A stretch of 64,000 bases of DNA from an uncultured Syntrophomonas sp. (GCA_964579945.1 CAZOIC010000001.1:9630-73629); one strand, 5' to 3'. Positions 30,614 to 43,674 are shown, counted from the first letter of the stretch. Program-made: numbers and translations. Notes: generated by a model not told the origin, from the sequence alone.

Positions 30614-30871
30614 ATGACACAACGTCAAAAAAAGCACTGGGCGCGCGCTTTGAGCGATGCGATTAATATGGTCACTACCACTGCCGCTGCTATAGGTCTT
30701 TGTGGTTTTGGCGGGTACTGGTTGGATAACAAACTGGGCACAGACCCATGGTTAATGGTTGTTGGGGTCCTATTTGGAGTAGCAACTGGTATTAAGGTTA
30801 TGTGGGACAAAATGTCGACCAATCAAACTACGTTTTCCCGGGACGAAAGTCAGGACAAAGACAAGAGTTAA
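30614..30871 (+). CDS. atpZ: AtpZ/AtpI-family small membrane protein preceding the F-ATPase genes
   Basis: Two TM helices and the position directly upstream of atpB. I chose the ATG at 30614 (AAGGTG RBS) rather than the GTG at 30596. Confidence 0.65.
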   Translation: MTQRQKKHWARALSDAINMVTTTAAAIGLCGFGGYWLDNKLGTDPWLMVVGVLFGVATGIKVMWDKMSTNQTTFSRDESQDKDKS

Positions 30872-30986
30872 CTTTGGAAATCACCCGGAGTCAGGTGGCC
30901 TGCTGGCTCAGGTTGAAGTTTTTGTGTCACTCCGGTAGGGGTTTGACAAAAAACGAAAATTTAATTAGGAGGGGGGGAGAAAGATA

Positions 30987-31959
<973 letters not shown>

Positions 31960-31987
31960 ATTCTTAAAAGGTATACACATCACTGAG

Positions 31988-32044
31988 ATTTGGGCGATAG
32001 AGCAAGGCTAATCCAAAATTTAATACAGCTCTATCGCCCCAAAT
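31988..32044 (+). promoter_or_regulatory. Strong intercistronic stem-loop between atpE and atpF
   Basis: ATTTGGGCGATAGAGC (31988-32003) pairs with GCTCTATCGCCCCAAAT (32028-32044) with one bulged C. No T-run follows. Confidence 0.6.
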
Positions 32045-32077
32045 ACTATTTGCTCTTAGATTGGAGGTAGCACATCC

Positions 32078-32683
32078 GTGAGAAGGAACAAAAGATATTA
32101 TACAGCGGTGCTCCTTTTGACCATGGTAATGGTTCTGGGATTTGCAACCTTCTGCATGGCGTCAACGATTCCGCAACCGCCGGGTCATACTCCGGAGTTT
32201 GGGAATTGGTTTGTGATTGGTTGGACGGCAATAAACTTCTTCGTTTTAGTAGCCCTTTTATACAAATTTGCCTACAACCCTATCAATGCAATGTTAGACC
32301 AGCGTTCTAACACCATTGAAAGTTCTCTTAAGCATGCAGAAGAAGTCAAAATCGAAGTGGAACAGATGAGAAAAGAAACCCAGAGCAACCTGGCCGAATC
32401 TCGCAAAGAGGCGCAAGAAATTGTAGCACGGGCAACCAAGGCGGCTGATGATGCTAAAAATGAAATTATCAGCAAGGCCAAGGAAGATGCTACAAATGTT
32501 AAGAACAAAGCCACCGCTGAAATTCAGGCTGCTACTGAGCAGGCCAAGGTTGAGCTGAAAGATACGGCTGCAGCTCTCGCCCTGTTTGCGGCAGAAAAGG
32601 TCCTGAATAGAGCTATTACCGATGATGACCACAAGAACATGGTTAAACAATTTGTTAATGAGGCGGGCGATCTATTATGTTAA
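32078..32683 (+). CDS. atpF: F0F1 ATP synthase subunit b (with an N-terminal extension)
   Basis: A long amphipathic charged helix follows the TM (AMLDQRSNTIESSLKHAEE...). GTG start after GGAGGT. There is an extra hydrophobic segment at aa 9-27. Confidence 0.85.
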   Translation: MRRNKRYYTAVLLLTMVMVLGFATFCMASTIPQPPGHTPEFGNWFVIGWTAINFFVLVALLYKFAYNPINAMLDQRSNTIESSLKHAEEVKIEVEQMRKETQSNLAESRKEAQEIVARATKAADDAKNEIISKAKEDATNVKNKATAEIQAATEQAKVELKDTAAALALFAAEKVLNRAITDDDHKNMVKQFVNEAGDLLC

Positions 32684-33225
32684 ATAAGAGCGTTGCCAGG
32701 CGCTATGCCGAAGCGTTTTTTACCCTTGCCCGGGAGAATAACAAAATAGATGAATATCAGCAGGAACTGGAAAAGATAGTCGCAACGGTTAACGAAGTAG
32801 AGAATTTGGAAGCTTATTTTTCTCATCTTCTAATCCCTGCCAAAGATAAGAGGGATATTGCGAGTAAGATATTCACCGGTCAGGTTTCTCAACTAACATT
32901 GAACTTCCTGTATATGATCATTGATAAACGGCGGCAAGCATATTTGGAGTCCATTGTTGAAGAATATCAGGAAATGGCTGATGAATCGAGAAACATTACC
33001 AAGGGCGAGCTTACAGCTGCTCGGGAAGTACCGGATGATGAGGTTAAGTCCCTGGCTGAAAAATTATCTGCCTCTACGGGTAAGACAGTGCAGCTTAATG
33101 TGAAGGTCGATCCTGCTCTTATAGGCGGAATTAAGATACGAGTGGGAGACCAGATCATAGACGGTACGGTTGCCAAAAGACTGGAAATGTTAAAAGATCA
33201 ATTGAAACAAGCGAAGATAAGTTAA
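32677..33225 (+). CDS. atpH: F0F1 ATP synthase subunit delta (OSCP)
   Basis: VARRYAEAFF start and IGGIKIRVGDQIIDGTV C-terminal motif. Confidence 0.93.
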   Translation: MLNKSVARRYAEAFFTLARENNKIDEYQQELEKIVATVNEVENLEAYFSHLLIPAKDKRDIASKIFTGQVSQLTLNFLYMIIDKRRQAYLESIVEEYQEMADESRNITKGELTAAREVPDDEVKSLAEKLSASTGKTVQLNVKVDPALIGGIKIRVGDQIIDGTVAKRLEMLKDQLKQAKIS

Positions 33226-33247
33226 TGCGATAGGGGTGAGCACATAA

Positions 33248-34762
<1,515 letters not shown>

Positions 34763-34776
34763 GGTGGTGAATTAAG

Positions 34777-35658
34777 ATGGCAGGAGCAGGTGTAAGAGAA
34801 TTTAAACGCAGAATTCGTAGCGTAAAAAACACGCAGCAGATTACCAAAGCTATGGAAATGGTAGCCGCTGCTAAATTGCGCAGAGCTCAGGAAAGTGCTG
34901 AGGCCTCCAGGCCTTATACCGAAACCCTTCAGGGTACTCTGGCCCGTTTGGCCGAAGTTTCTTTCGATGTCAGACACCCTCTCCTGGATAAAAGAGAGGA
35001 TGTACGGAGAGTTGGCTATGTTGTAGTCACTGCTGACCGCGGATTATGTGGAGCTTATAATACCAATATTATCAGGGCAGCAGATGAATCGATTAGAGAA
35101 GATGGGCGTAATCTGGAAACCGGAATTATAGCAGTAGGTAGAAAAGCCCGAGATTTTTATCGTAAACGTAACAATGTGGATGCTGAATTCATAAATCTGG
35201 GGGATAACGTAAGTTATGCTGATGCCCGGGAAGTTGCCCAGTACGTAATGAACGCTTATGAAAACGGTGAAGTAGATGAGGTCTATCTGGTATATGCCCG
35301 CTTTGTGAATGCACTGCGACAGATACCAACCGTTACCCAGTTATTACCTCTGGAAACCCCGGAAGAAGATACCAGTGATGAATCTACCCGGGTAATAGAT
35401 TATCTCTATGAACCGAGTGCAGAGGAGATTCTACTAACTCTGCTGCCAAAGTATGTTGGCAGTCAGATTTACCATGCTATGCTGGAAGGCAAAGCCAGTG
35501 AACATGGCGCCCGGATGACAGCTATGGGTAATGCCACTGAAAATGCCGGCGAGATTATTGATAATCTTGAACTGGCCATGAACAAAGCCAGGCAGGCGGC
35601 AATTACGGACGAGATTCTGGACATTGTCGGTGGTGCCGAAGCTCTGAAAAACGCCTAA
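34777..35658 (+). CDS. atpG: F0F1 ATP synthase subunit gamma
   Basis: IRSVKNTQQITKAMEMVAAAKLRRAQ and C-terminal ITDEILDIVGGAEAL. Confidence 0.96.
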   Translation: MAGAGVREFKRRIRSVKNTQQITKAMEMVAAAKLRRAQESAEASRPYTETLQGTLARLAEVSFDVRHPLLDKREDVRRVGYVVVTADRGLCGAYNTNIIRAADESIREDGRNLETGIIAVGRKARDFYRKRNNVDAEFINLGDNVSYADAREVAQYVMNAYENGEVDEVYLVYARFVNALRQIPTVTQLLPLETPEEDTSDESTRVIDYLYEPSAEEILLTLLPKYVGSQIYHAMLEGKASEHGARMTAMGNATENAGEIIDNLELAMNKARQAAITDEILDIVGGAEALKNA

Positions 35659-35715
35659 TGAACTAACGTGCACTTAACTGATAAAGCCAAAGCTCTCAAT
35701 AAAGGAGGAAAGTAG

Positions 35716-37143
<1,428 letters not shown>

Positions 37144-37146
37144 TTT

Positions 37147-37557
37147 ATGGCAGAAAGCACCTTCATGCTAGAAATAGTAACCCCTGAACAAATCCTTTTT
37201 CGGGATGAAGTTCAGTTCATGGTTGCTCCCGGTGCCGAAGGTGAATTGGGTATTTTGAAAAACCATGCGCCGCTAGTTGCAGCTTTAAATATAGGCGTGC
37301 TGCGCTATGACAGTACTAGTGGCACCCAGAAGAAAATGGCCTTGAGTGGTGGGTTTATAGAAGTCATCGACAATGTAGCCCGGGTTTTGGCAGAGACCGC
37401 TGAAAATGGCGGAGATATCGATATATTGCGGGCCAAGGCAGCCAAAGAAAGGGCTGAAAGACGCCTACAAGCACGGGAAGATAATCTGAACCTGGCGCGG
37501 GCAGAAATGGCCCTTAAGCGTGCTATTTCAAGGTTAAAGGCAGCGGAAGCATTGTAA
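37147..37557 (+). CDS. atpC: F0F1 ATP synthase subunit epsilon
   Basis: LEIVTPE...GILKNHAPL followed by a C-terminal helical hairpin. Confidence 0.93.
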   Translation: MAESTFMLEIVTPEQILFRDEVQFMVAPGAEGELGILKNHAPLVAALNIGVLRYDSTSGTQKKMALSGGFIEVIDNVARVLAETAENGGDIDILRAKAAKERAERRLQAREDNLNLARAEMALKRAISRLKAAEAL

Positions 37558-37580
37558 CTACAATAGAGAAGCTAACTCCT

Positions 37581-37621
37581 GGCCGGAAGGAATTCTAATA
37601 TTCCTTCCGGCCTTGGATTTT
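37581..37621 (+). terminator. Rho-independent terminator of the atp operon
   Basis: GGCCGGAAGGAAT...ATTCCTTCCGGCC stem followed by a T-rich tract. Confidence 0.8.
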
Positions 37622-37685
37622 AGAAAAACATTACACTAGTAACTATTATTGTAATGTGGTAAGTTAATAACAAGTATGTAAATTT

Positions 37686-37901
37686 ATGATGGGGGAATTA
37701 TGCAAGAACCAGATGAATGATTTATTAAAATATTTAATCATTGTCACTCTGGCCTATTATTTAATTAAAGGATTACTTTATCTACTTTTGTGGCAAATGA
37801 CATTTAAAGTACAGGAAAAAGGTTTGGCCGCTAAAAAGAAAGAAAAAGAACGCAGACAGGTAGAAAAGGAAATCTGGAAGAATGAGCACGATGATTCTTG
37901 A
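37686..37901 (+). CDS. Small single-pass membrane protein with a K/E-rich tail (71 aa)
   Basis: One hydrophobic helix (LLKYLIIVTLAYYLIKGLLYLLLW) is followed by QMTFKVQEKGLAAKKKEKERRQVEKE. It is a paralogue of the next ORF. Confidence 0.5.
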   Translation: MMGELCKNQMNDLLKYLIIVTLAYYLIKGLLYLLLWQMTFKVQEKGLAAKKKEKERRQVEKEIWKNEHDDS

Positions 37902-38211
37902 TTTGGGTGGTTATACAGGGGGGGATGATGTGCAGAAACTGTACTTCATATTAATTGGTTCGGTTTTCTTATTTAGCATTTTATTTGCCATAATAATATG
38001 GCGGCAGACCATAAAATTTGAAAAAAAGGCCCTGGTTGCCAAACAAGCTAAAGAAGAATATTTAAAGCAGTTAATGCTTGAACAAGAAGAGGAGAAAAGA
38101 CTGGCGGAATTAAGGTTACAAGAAGAGTCGCAACAAAACCTTGAACAAGAATTGCTCGAAGAAGATACTAATAGTCCGAATACCGAAGATACTGAAGACC
38201 ACAAAGAATAA
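37882..38211 (+). CDS. Small single-pass membrane protein with a long E/Q/K-rich coiled-coil tail (109 aa; an alternative ATG at 37891 is possible)
   Basis: The TM helix (LYFILIGSVFLFSILFAIIIW) is followed by RQTIKFEKKALVAKQAKEE..., the same W-x-Q-T-x-K-x-x-EK-x-x-L-x-AK junction as the upstream ORF. Confidence 0.5.
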   Translation: MSTMILDLGGYTGGDDVQKLYFILIGSVFLFSILFAIIIWRQTIKFEKKALVAKQAKEEYLKQLMLEQEEEKRLAELRLQEESQQNLEQELLEEDTNSPNTEDTEDHKE

Positions 38212-38225
38212 ATAAATAAGGGGTG

Positions 38226-38256
38226 AAAAAACCTGACCTGGTCAGGTTTTTTTGTT
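38226..38256 (+). terminator. Rho-independent terminator
   Basis: AACCTGAC-CTG-GTCAGGTT stem followed by T7. Confidence 0.8.
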
Positions 38257-38327
38257 TTTAAGCATAATTGAGAATCAGGCTGGCAAGAATCTTGATAATG
38301 TACATATTTCCCAAGGAGGGAGACTTT

Positions 38328-39068
38328 TTGAAACGATGTGTAATGTATATAATAATTTTTATAATTTTATGTTCAATTAGTAATTATAGTATTGATTATG
38401 TACAAGGAAAACAGATCAAAGAACAATCACCATATTACCTATCTTTTGCATCAATCGGTGCAATTTATCTCGAATCACGTCTTGATTGCTGGGCAAAAAT
38501 AAGAACAACTTCAACGAAACAAGAACTGCAGGATTATCTAAATAATATCCTACAAAGCCTGGATATTACATTAAATCCCGAATTTTTAACAATAAATGAA
38601 ACGGATAATTATACCATTCTCAGCTACGAATTTCCTCGACCAGATCAAGATTTATTTATTATCATCAAATCTGATCAACAATTAAATGAAAGCTACTTTA
38701 TGGTAAGTATTGTATGTCAGGATCAAAAAATGAATCTAAAACAGTATGAAAGTAAATTAGACCAGATTATAGGATTGAAGTGGCAGTCTTATTACTTGTA
38801 TACCGGTGAATTACCTCATACAATTGCCCAACGTGATTACAGCCAAATAATTGCAGTGTTATTAAAAACTATGAAAGCATACAGAGTGGAAAACTATAGT
38901 AGTAATGGTACCAGTAGTATAACCGCATACAGCTCACGACTTGAGGAAAACATACCTGCACCAAGTACTAATGGAAAAAAATATAATTTACAAATCGCTA
39001 TTCGAAATAATAACAAAGGCAAAACTAATGTATATATTGGGTCCCCTTTAATTTTAAGCGAATATTAA
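38328..39068 (+). CDS. ywmB: YwmB-family protein (conserved neighbour upstream of murA)
   Basis: N-terminal signal/anchor and the position between atpC and murA as in B. subtilis. I chose the TTG at 38328, 7 nt after AAGGAGGG; the track ORF starts at 38268. Confidence 0.6.
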   Translation: MKRCVMYIIIFIILCSISNYSIDYVQGKQIKEQSPYYLSFASIGAIYLESRLDCWAKIRTTSTKQELQDYLNNILQSLDITLNPEFLTINETDNYTILSYEFPRPDQDLFIIIKSDQQLNESYFMVSIVCQDQKMNLKQYESKLDQIIGLKWQSYYLYTGELPHTIAQRDYSQIIAVLLKTMKAYRVENYSSNGTSSITAYSSRLEENIPAPSTNGKKYNLQIAIRNNNKGKTNVYIGSPLILSEY

Positions 39069-39093
39069 GCCAGAATAGAGGTGATTTTGACTA

Positions 39094-40380
39094 TTGGATT
39101 TATATGTTAATAATAAAGCCCGTTTAAGCGGAGAGGTATCAGTAAGCTCTTCAAAAAATGCTATACTGCCTATTTTAGCAGCTTCTTTGCTAACGGAAGA
39201 AGAAGTTCAGATTAATAAAATTCCCAAGATAAGAGATGTACAAATAATCACCGAACTTATTTATCGTCTGGGAGTAGACCTAATAAATAACGGGGATAGC
39301 ATAACATTCAGAGGTCAAGCTAAAGAGATTAGTCCCCAATATGATTTGGTAAGACAAATACGAGCCTCATTTTTAGTTATGGGACCATTATTGGCCAGGC
39401 ATGGTAAAGTTAAGATTGCTCTTCCCGGAGGGTGCGCAATAGGTACAAGACCAATAGACCTGCATTTAAAGGGATTTGAAGCATTGGGGGCTAATATACA
39501 ATTTAAAAGTGGTGATGTAATTGCTACTAGCTCCAGGTTAAGAGGTAATCATATATATTTGGATTTTCCTAGCGTAGGTGCCACTGAAAATATAATGATG
39601 GCAGCAGCCCTGGCTGAAGGTACCAGTTATATAGAAAACGCTGCTCTGGAACCGGAAGTAGTTGACCTGGCCAATTTTATTAACAGTATGGGTGGAAAAG
39701 TTAGTGGAGCTGGCAGTAACGTAATACGTATTGAAGGAGTTAAAAAATTAGGAAGAAGTAGTTACACTGCTATAGCCGATCGCATTGAAGCGGGAACCTA
39801 TATGGTAGCAGCTGCTGCCACCAATGGTGAAGTATTAATAAATAATGTGATTCCCGAACATGTTAAAGCGATAACTGCTAAATTAACAGAAAGCGGAGCA
39901 GAAATAGAGGAAGGAAATGGCTGGATTAAGGTAAAACGGAATATCAACATTAAACCTTTATATATTAAAACTCTTCCTTATCCAGGATTTCCAACTGATA
40001 TGCAGGCACAATTCATGGCCTATTTAAGTTGCGCTGAAGGCAGTAGTATAATCACCGAATCTGTTTTTGAAAATCGATACATGCATGTGGCTGAACTTGG
40101 TAGAATGGGAGCCAGGATAAAAACTGAAGGAAAGACAGCCGTAATTAAAGGGGTTCGGGAATTAAGTGGAACCCGGATTAAGGCTACCGACCTCAGGGCT
40201 GGAGCAGCATTATTAATAGCAGCATTAACAGCAAAAGGAACAAGCATAATTAGCAATAGCGAACATATTGACCGAGGATATGAAAACATAGTTGATAAAT
40301 TGAACCATTTAGGCGCCAATATATCAATTAAACCCGCATATAAATTAGATGACCTGAGTGTTACAGGGGGCATTAACTAA
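39094..40380 (+). CDS. murA: UDP-N-acetylglucosamine 1-carboxyvinyltransferase
   Basis: SSKNAILPILAASLL and the active-site Cys in LPGGCAIGTRPIDLH. Confidence 0.96.
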   Translation: MDLYVNNKARLSGEVSVSSSKNAILPILAASLLTEEEVQINKIPKIRDVQIITELIYRLGVDLINNGDSITFRGQAKEISPQYDLVRQIRASFLVMGPLLARHGKVKIALPGGCAIGTRPIDLHLKGFEALGANIQFKSGDVIATSSRLRGNHIYLDFPSVGATENIMMAAALAEGTSYIENAALEPEVVDLANFINSMGGKVSGAGSNVIRIEGVKKLGRSSYTAIADRIEAGTYMVAAAATNGEVLINNVIPEHVKAITAKLTESGAEIEEGNGWIKVKRNINIKPLYIKTLPYPGFPTDMQAQFMAYLSCAEGSSIITESVFENRYMHVAELGRMGARIKTEGKTAVIKGVRELSGTRIKATDLRAGAALLIAALTAKGTSIISNSEHIDRGYENIVDKLNHLGANISIKPAYKLDDLSVTGGIN

Positions 40381-40404
40381 ACCAGACCATCATATAATTA
40401 AAAC

Positions 40405-41337
40405 ATGAAAAAAAGAAGAATTAGAATATTAATTGCCATAACTATAAGCATAACGGTATTATTTATACCGATTTTTTTTCTGCAAAAAAACAAAGTTCTT
40501 GAAGAACAAATATATAATGAACCACACGTTAAACTTTATTTAACTGAAGAAGATAAAATAGTCGAATTGTTATTAGAGAATTATATTATTGGCGTAGTAG
40601 CAGCAGAAATGCCGGCTTCATTTGAGATGGAAGCCTTGAAGGCACAGGCAGTTTGCGCCAGAACTTACACCTTCCGTAAACTCCTGGACGATAAGAAATA
40701 TCCCGGCGGGGCTAACCTTTCCGATAATATTAATTCATGTCAGGCATACATATCGAAAGAAGAATTCTTCCGGCGCCATCCGAGGCATAAAGACTTGTAC
40801 GAAAAAGTGAAGGAGGCAGTAAGGCAAACCCGAGGTGAAATCATGATTTACAATGACGAACCTATCGATGCCCTTTACCATTCTACCTGCGGGGGACAAA
40901 CCGAAAGCGCATTTAATGTATGGGGAAAAAATGTTTCCTATTTATGCTCGGTAAAATGCCGCTATTGCCAACAATCGCGCCATTACGAAAGTATACAGGT
41001 TTTCTCGGTACAGGATTTTGCAACCTCATTGGGGGTAAATAATACCCAACCACTAGTTAAGATAAGTGAAAACACGCCCAGCGGCCGGGTTAAAAAAATA
41101 AAGATAAATGATAAGGAGTTATCTGGTGAGAAAATGCGCCATATTTTGGGATTACCTTCTACCTGGTGTGATTTTAAAGTAAATGCGCAGCAGGTGAAAA
41201 TTAAAAGCCGGGGTTATGGTCATGGTTTAGGGTTGTGCCAGTATGGCGCCCATGGTATGGCTCTTGAAGGAAAAACCTACCACCAAATCCTTAAGCATTA
41301 CTACCAGGGTATAGAATTTAGCCAGCTTAAATATTAA
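40405..41337 (+). CDS. spoIID: Stage II sporulation protein D (lytic transglycosylase)
   Basis: YIIGVVAAEMP...EALKAQAVCARTY and YHSTCGGQTE; position after murA. Confidence 0.9.
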   Translation: MKKRRIRILIAITISITVLFIPIFFLQKNKVLEEQIYNEPHVKLYLTEEDKIVELLLENYIIGVVAAEMPASFEMEALKAQAVCARTYTFRKLLDDKKYPGGANLSDNINSCQAYISKEEFFRRHPRHKDLYEKVKEAVRQTRGEIMIYNDEPIDALYHSTCGGQTESAFNVWGKNVSYLCSVKCRYCQQSRHYESIQVFSVQDFATSLGVNNTQPLVKISENTPSGRVKKIKINDKELSGEKMRHILGLPSTWCDFKVNAQQVKIKSRGYGHGLGLCQYGAHGMALEGKTYHQILKHYYQGIEFSQLKY

Positions 41338-41394
41338 TAAACCACCTTCCCTCTGAATATAGATTTATATATACAATGCGGGGGAGGGTGAGGA

Positions 41395-41679
41395 TTGCAA
41401 AACTATATTAGAAAGAGGGCGGTAAAAGTTGCCCAACATATATTAAATACATCTGATACGGTGAGACAGACAGCTGAAGTATTTGGTATTAGCAAGAGTA
41501 CCGTGCACAAGGATGTAGCCGAGAGACTACCTAGAATTGATGAAAAACTGGCTGAAGAAGTAAAATATATCCTGGAAAAAAATAAAGCGGAAAGACATAT
41601 AAGGGGAGGGGAAGCAACCCGCCAAAAATATGCTGCTTATCACCAGGCGGAAGCGTCAGCTAATAATACAGGCACCTAA
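41395..41679 (+). CDS. spoIIID: Sporulation transcriptional regulator SpoIIID
   Basis: 94 aa with the HTH region TVRQTAEVFGISKSTVHKDV and the basic C-terminal region KAERHIRGGEAT. Confidence 0.93.
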   Translation: MQNYIRKRAVKVAQHILNTSDTVRQTAEVFGISKSTVHKDVAERLPRIDEKLAEEVKYILEKNKAERHIRGGEATRQKYAAYHQAEASANNTGT

Positions 41680-41781
41680 GAAAATTGCACACTTTAGTTA
41701 AGCATAAGGTATAATTAATAAGAAACCTAAAAAGGGAAAATTAGGTTACAGTTTAAATATTGTTTAGGGGGCCTAAGGAGG

Positions 41782-42816
41782 ATGTGTTTCGCTTTTGGAG
41801 AAGATATTGGTATAGACCTGGGGACAGCCAGTGTCATAGTCTTTAAGAAGGGCAGTGGAATTGTCTTACATGAACCATCAGTAGTGGCCATAGATAAAAA
41901 CACTAATAGGATTATAGCCGTAGGGGAAGAAGCCCGGCAAATGCTAGGGAGGACACCGGGTCATATAGTAGCCATTCGCCCCTTAAAAGAAGGAGTTATT
42001 GCTGATTACGATACTACGGAAAAAATGCTAACCTATTTCATTAGAAGGATAATGGGTAATAAGCTATTCTTTAAACCCCGAGTAATAGTATGTATTCCTA
42101 CTGGTGCAACTGATGTAGAAGAACGTGCAGTTCGTCAGGCAACCATATCATCAGGCGCCAGACAGGCCTTTATTATAGAAGAACCCCTTGCTGCCGCTCT
42201 AGGTGCAGGTATAAATATTTCCGAAGCTACTGGTAATATGGTAGTGGATGTTGGTGGTGGGACATCTGATATAGCAGTCCTTTCTTTGGGAGGATTAGTT
42301 TGCAATGATTCATTACGAATAGGGGGGGACAAGTTCGACGAAGCTATAATACGCTATGTCCGCCGGGTATATAACCTTATGATAGGTGATCGTACGGCTG
42401 AAGAAATTAAAATAAGGGTAGGCACAGCTTATGTTACTGATGATAATCGCAACCGTTCTATGGAGGTAAGAGGACGCGACCTTCTAACTGGATTACCCAA
42501 AACTATTTCTATCACTTCAGCCGAAAGCTGGGAAGCCTTGCAGGAACCGGTGGAAGCTGTAATTGAGGGCGTTAAAAAAGTCCTGGAGATTACTCCTCCG
42601 GAGCTGGCTGCTGATATTGTTAACAATGGCATAGTTATGACTGGCGGAGGTTCACTCCTGGATGGCCTGGATGTACTTTTATCCAAGGAAACTAATTTAC
42701 CGGTACATATAGCCGAAGAGGCCATATGTTGCGTGGCTATGGGAACTGGCAAGGCCTTAAATGAAATGTCGGTTATAAGCCGCACTCGTAACAAAGGCGC
42801 CCGGCGTGTATTTTAA
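41782..42816 (+). CDS. mbl: MreB/Mbl rod-shape-determining actin homologue
   Basis: IGIDLGTA, EEPLAAALGAG, VDVGGGTSD and VMTGGGSLL; position after spoIIID as for B. subtilis mbl. Confidence 0.9.
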   Translation: MCFAFGEDIGIDLGTASVIVFKKGSGIVLHEPSVVAIDKNTNRIIAVGEEARQMLGRTPGHIVAIRPLKEGVIADYDTTEKMLTYFIRRIMGNKLFFKPRVIVCIPTGATDVEERAVRQATISSGARQAFIIEEPLAAALGAGINISEATGNMVVDVGGGTSDIAVLSLGGLVCNDSLRIGGDKFDEAIIRYVRRVYNLMIGDRTAEEIKIRVGTAYVTDDNRNRSMEVRGRDLLTGLPKTISITSAESWEALQEPVEAVIEGVKKVLEITPPELAADIVNNGIVMTGGGSLLDGLDVLLSKETNLPVHIAEEAICCVAMGTGKALNEMSVISRTRNKGARRVF

Positions 42817-42887
42817 ATTAAAGAAATTCTTTTAAAAAAACGATATATGAAATTAAGAAATAATTCTGTATTTTGGAGGAGTTTACT

Positions 42888-43664
42888 TTGATTAAAGGCT
42901 TATATACGGCTGGGGCAGGAATGATGTTGCAGATGGCCCGGCAGGATGTCGTGGCTAATAACCTGGCTAATGTGAACACCAGTGGTTATAAAAAGCAGGT
43001 AGCAGTTGCTCAAGCTTTTCCTAATATGCTTATGAGTCGCCTGGGTGAAATTAAAAAAAATAGCCAGGGCGAATACCAACCAGTGCCGATTAAGCTAATC
43101 GGGGGAGTAGGAACCGGAGCAGCGGTTGAAAAGATATATAGTGATTTTATCATGGGCAATATAAGAAAAACTGATAATGCTACTGACCTTGCCTTAAGTA
43201 GTGATGGCTATTTTGCTGTTTTAACCCCGCAGGGGGAACGCTACACTCGCAACGGGCAATTTAAAATAAATAGCGAAGGTATTTTAACTACTAACCAGGG
43301 CTACCCGGTGCTGGATACTGGTGATCAAACCATTACTCTAGAAGAGGATTTCTTGGTTGACGAAACCGGGAATATTTCAGTAAATGGTGAGAATATAGCC
43401 CAACTTAAAATGATTCGTTTTGACAATCCCCAGTACTTGCAACGGGAAGGAGATAATCTTTTGGCCGCACAGGAGGAAGCCGGGACTACCCTGGAAAGGC
43501 CCGGTATATTACAAGGATACATAGAAGACTCTAATGTTAATGCGGTTAAAGAAATGGTGGAAATGATTAATGTGGTTAGGGCCTACGAATCCATGCAAAA
43601 AGTTGTACAAGCTGAGGACGAAATTACTCAGGTTGTCATTGACCAGGTAGGCAGCGTATCTTAA
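42888..43664 (+). CDS. Flagellar basal-body rod protein family (FlgG / FlhO-FlhP-like)
   Basis: IKGLYTAGAGMMLQMARQDVVANNLANVNTSGYKK at the N-terminus and the C-terminal rod motif (NVNAVKEMVEMINVVRAYE). I chose the TTG at 42888 after GGAGGA. Confidence 0.8.
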   Translation: MIKGLYTAGAGMMLQMARQDVVANNLANVNTSGYKKQVAVAQAFPNMLMSRLGEIKKNSQGEYQPVPIKLIGGVGTGAAVEKIYSDFIMGNIRKTDNATDLALSSDGYFAVLTPQGERYTRNGQFKINSEGILTTNQGYPVLDTGDQTITLEEDFLVDETGNISVNGENIAQLKMIRFDNPQYLQREGDNLLAAQEEAGTTLERPGILQGYIEDSNVNAVKEMVEMINVVRAYESMQKVVQAEDEITQVVIDQVGSVS

Positions 43665-43674
43665 TAAAGAAAAC

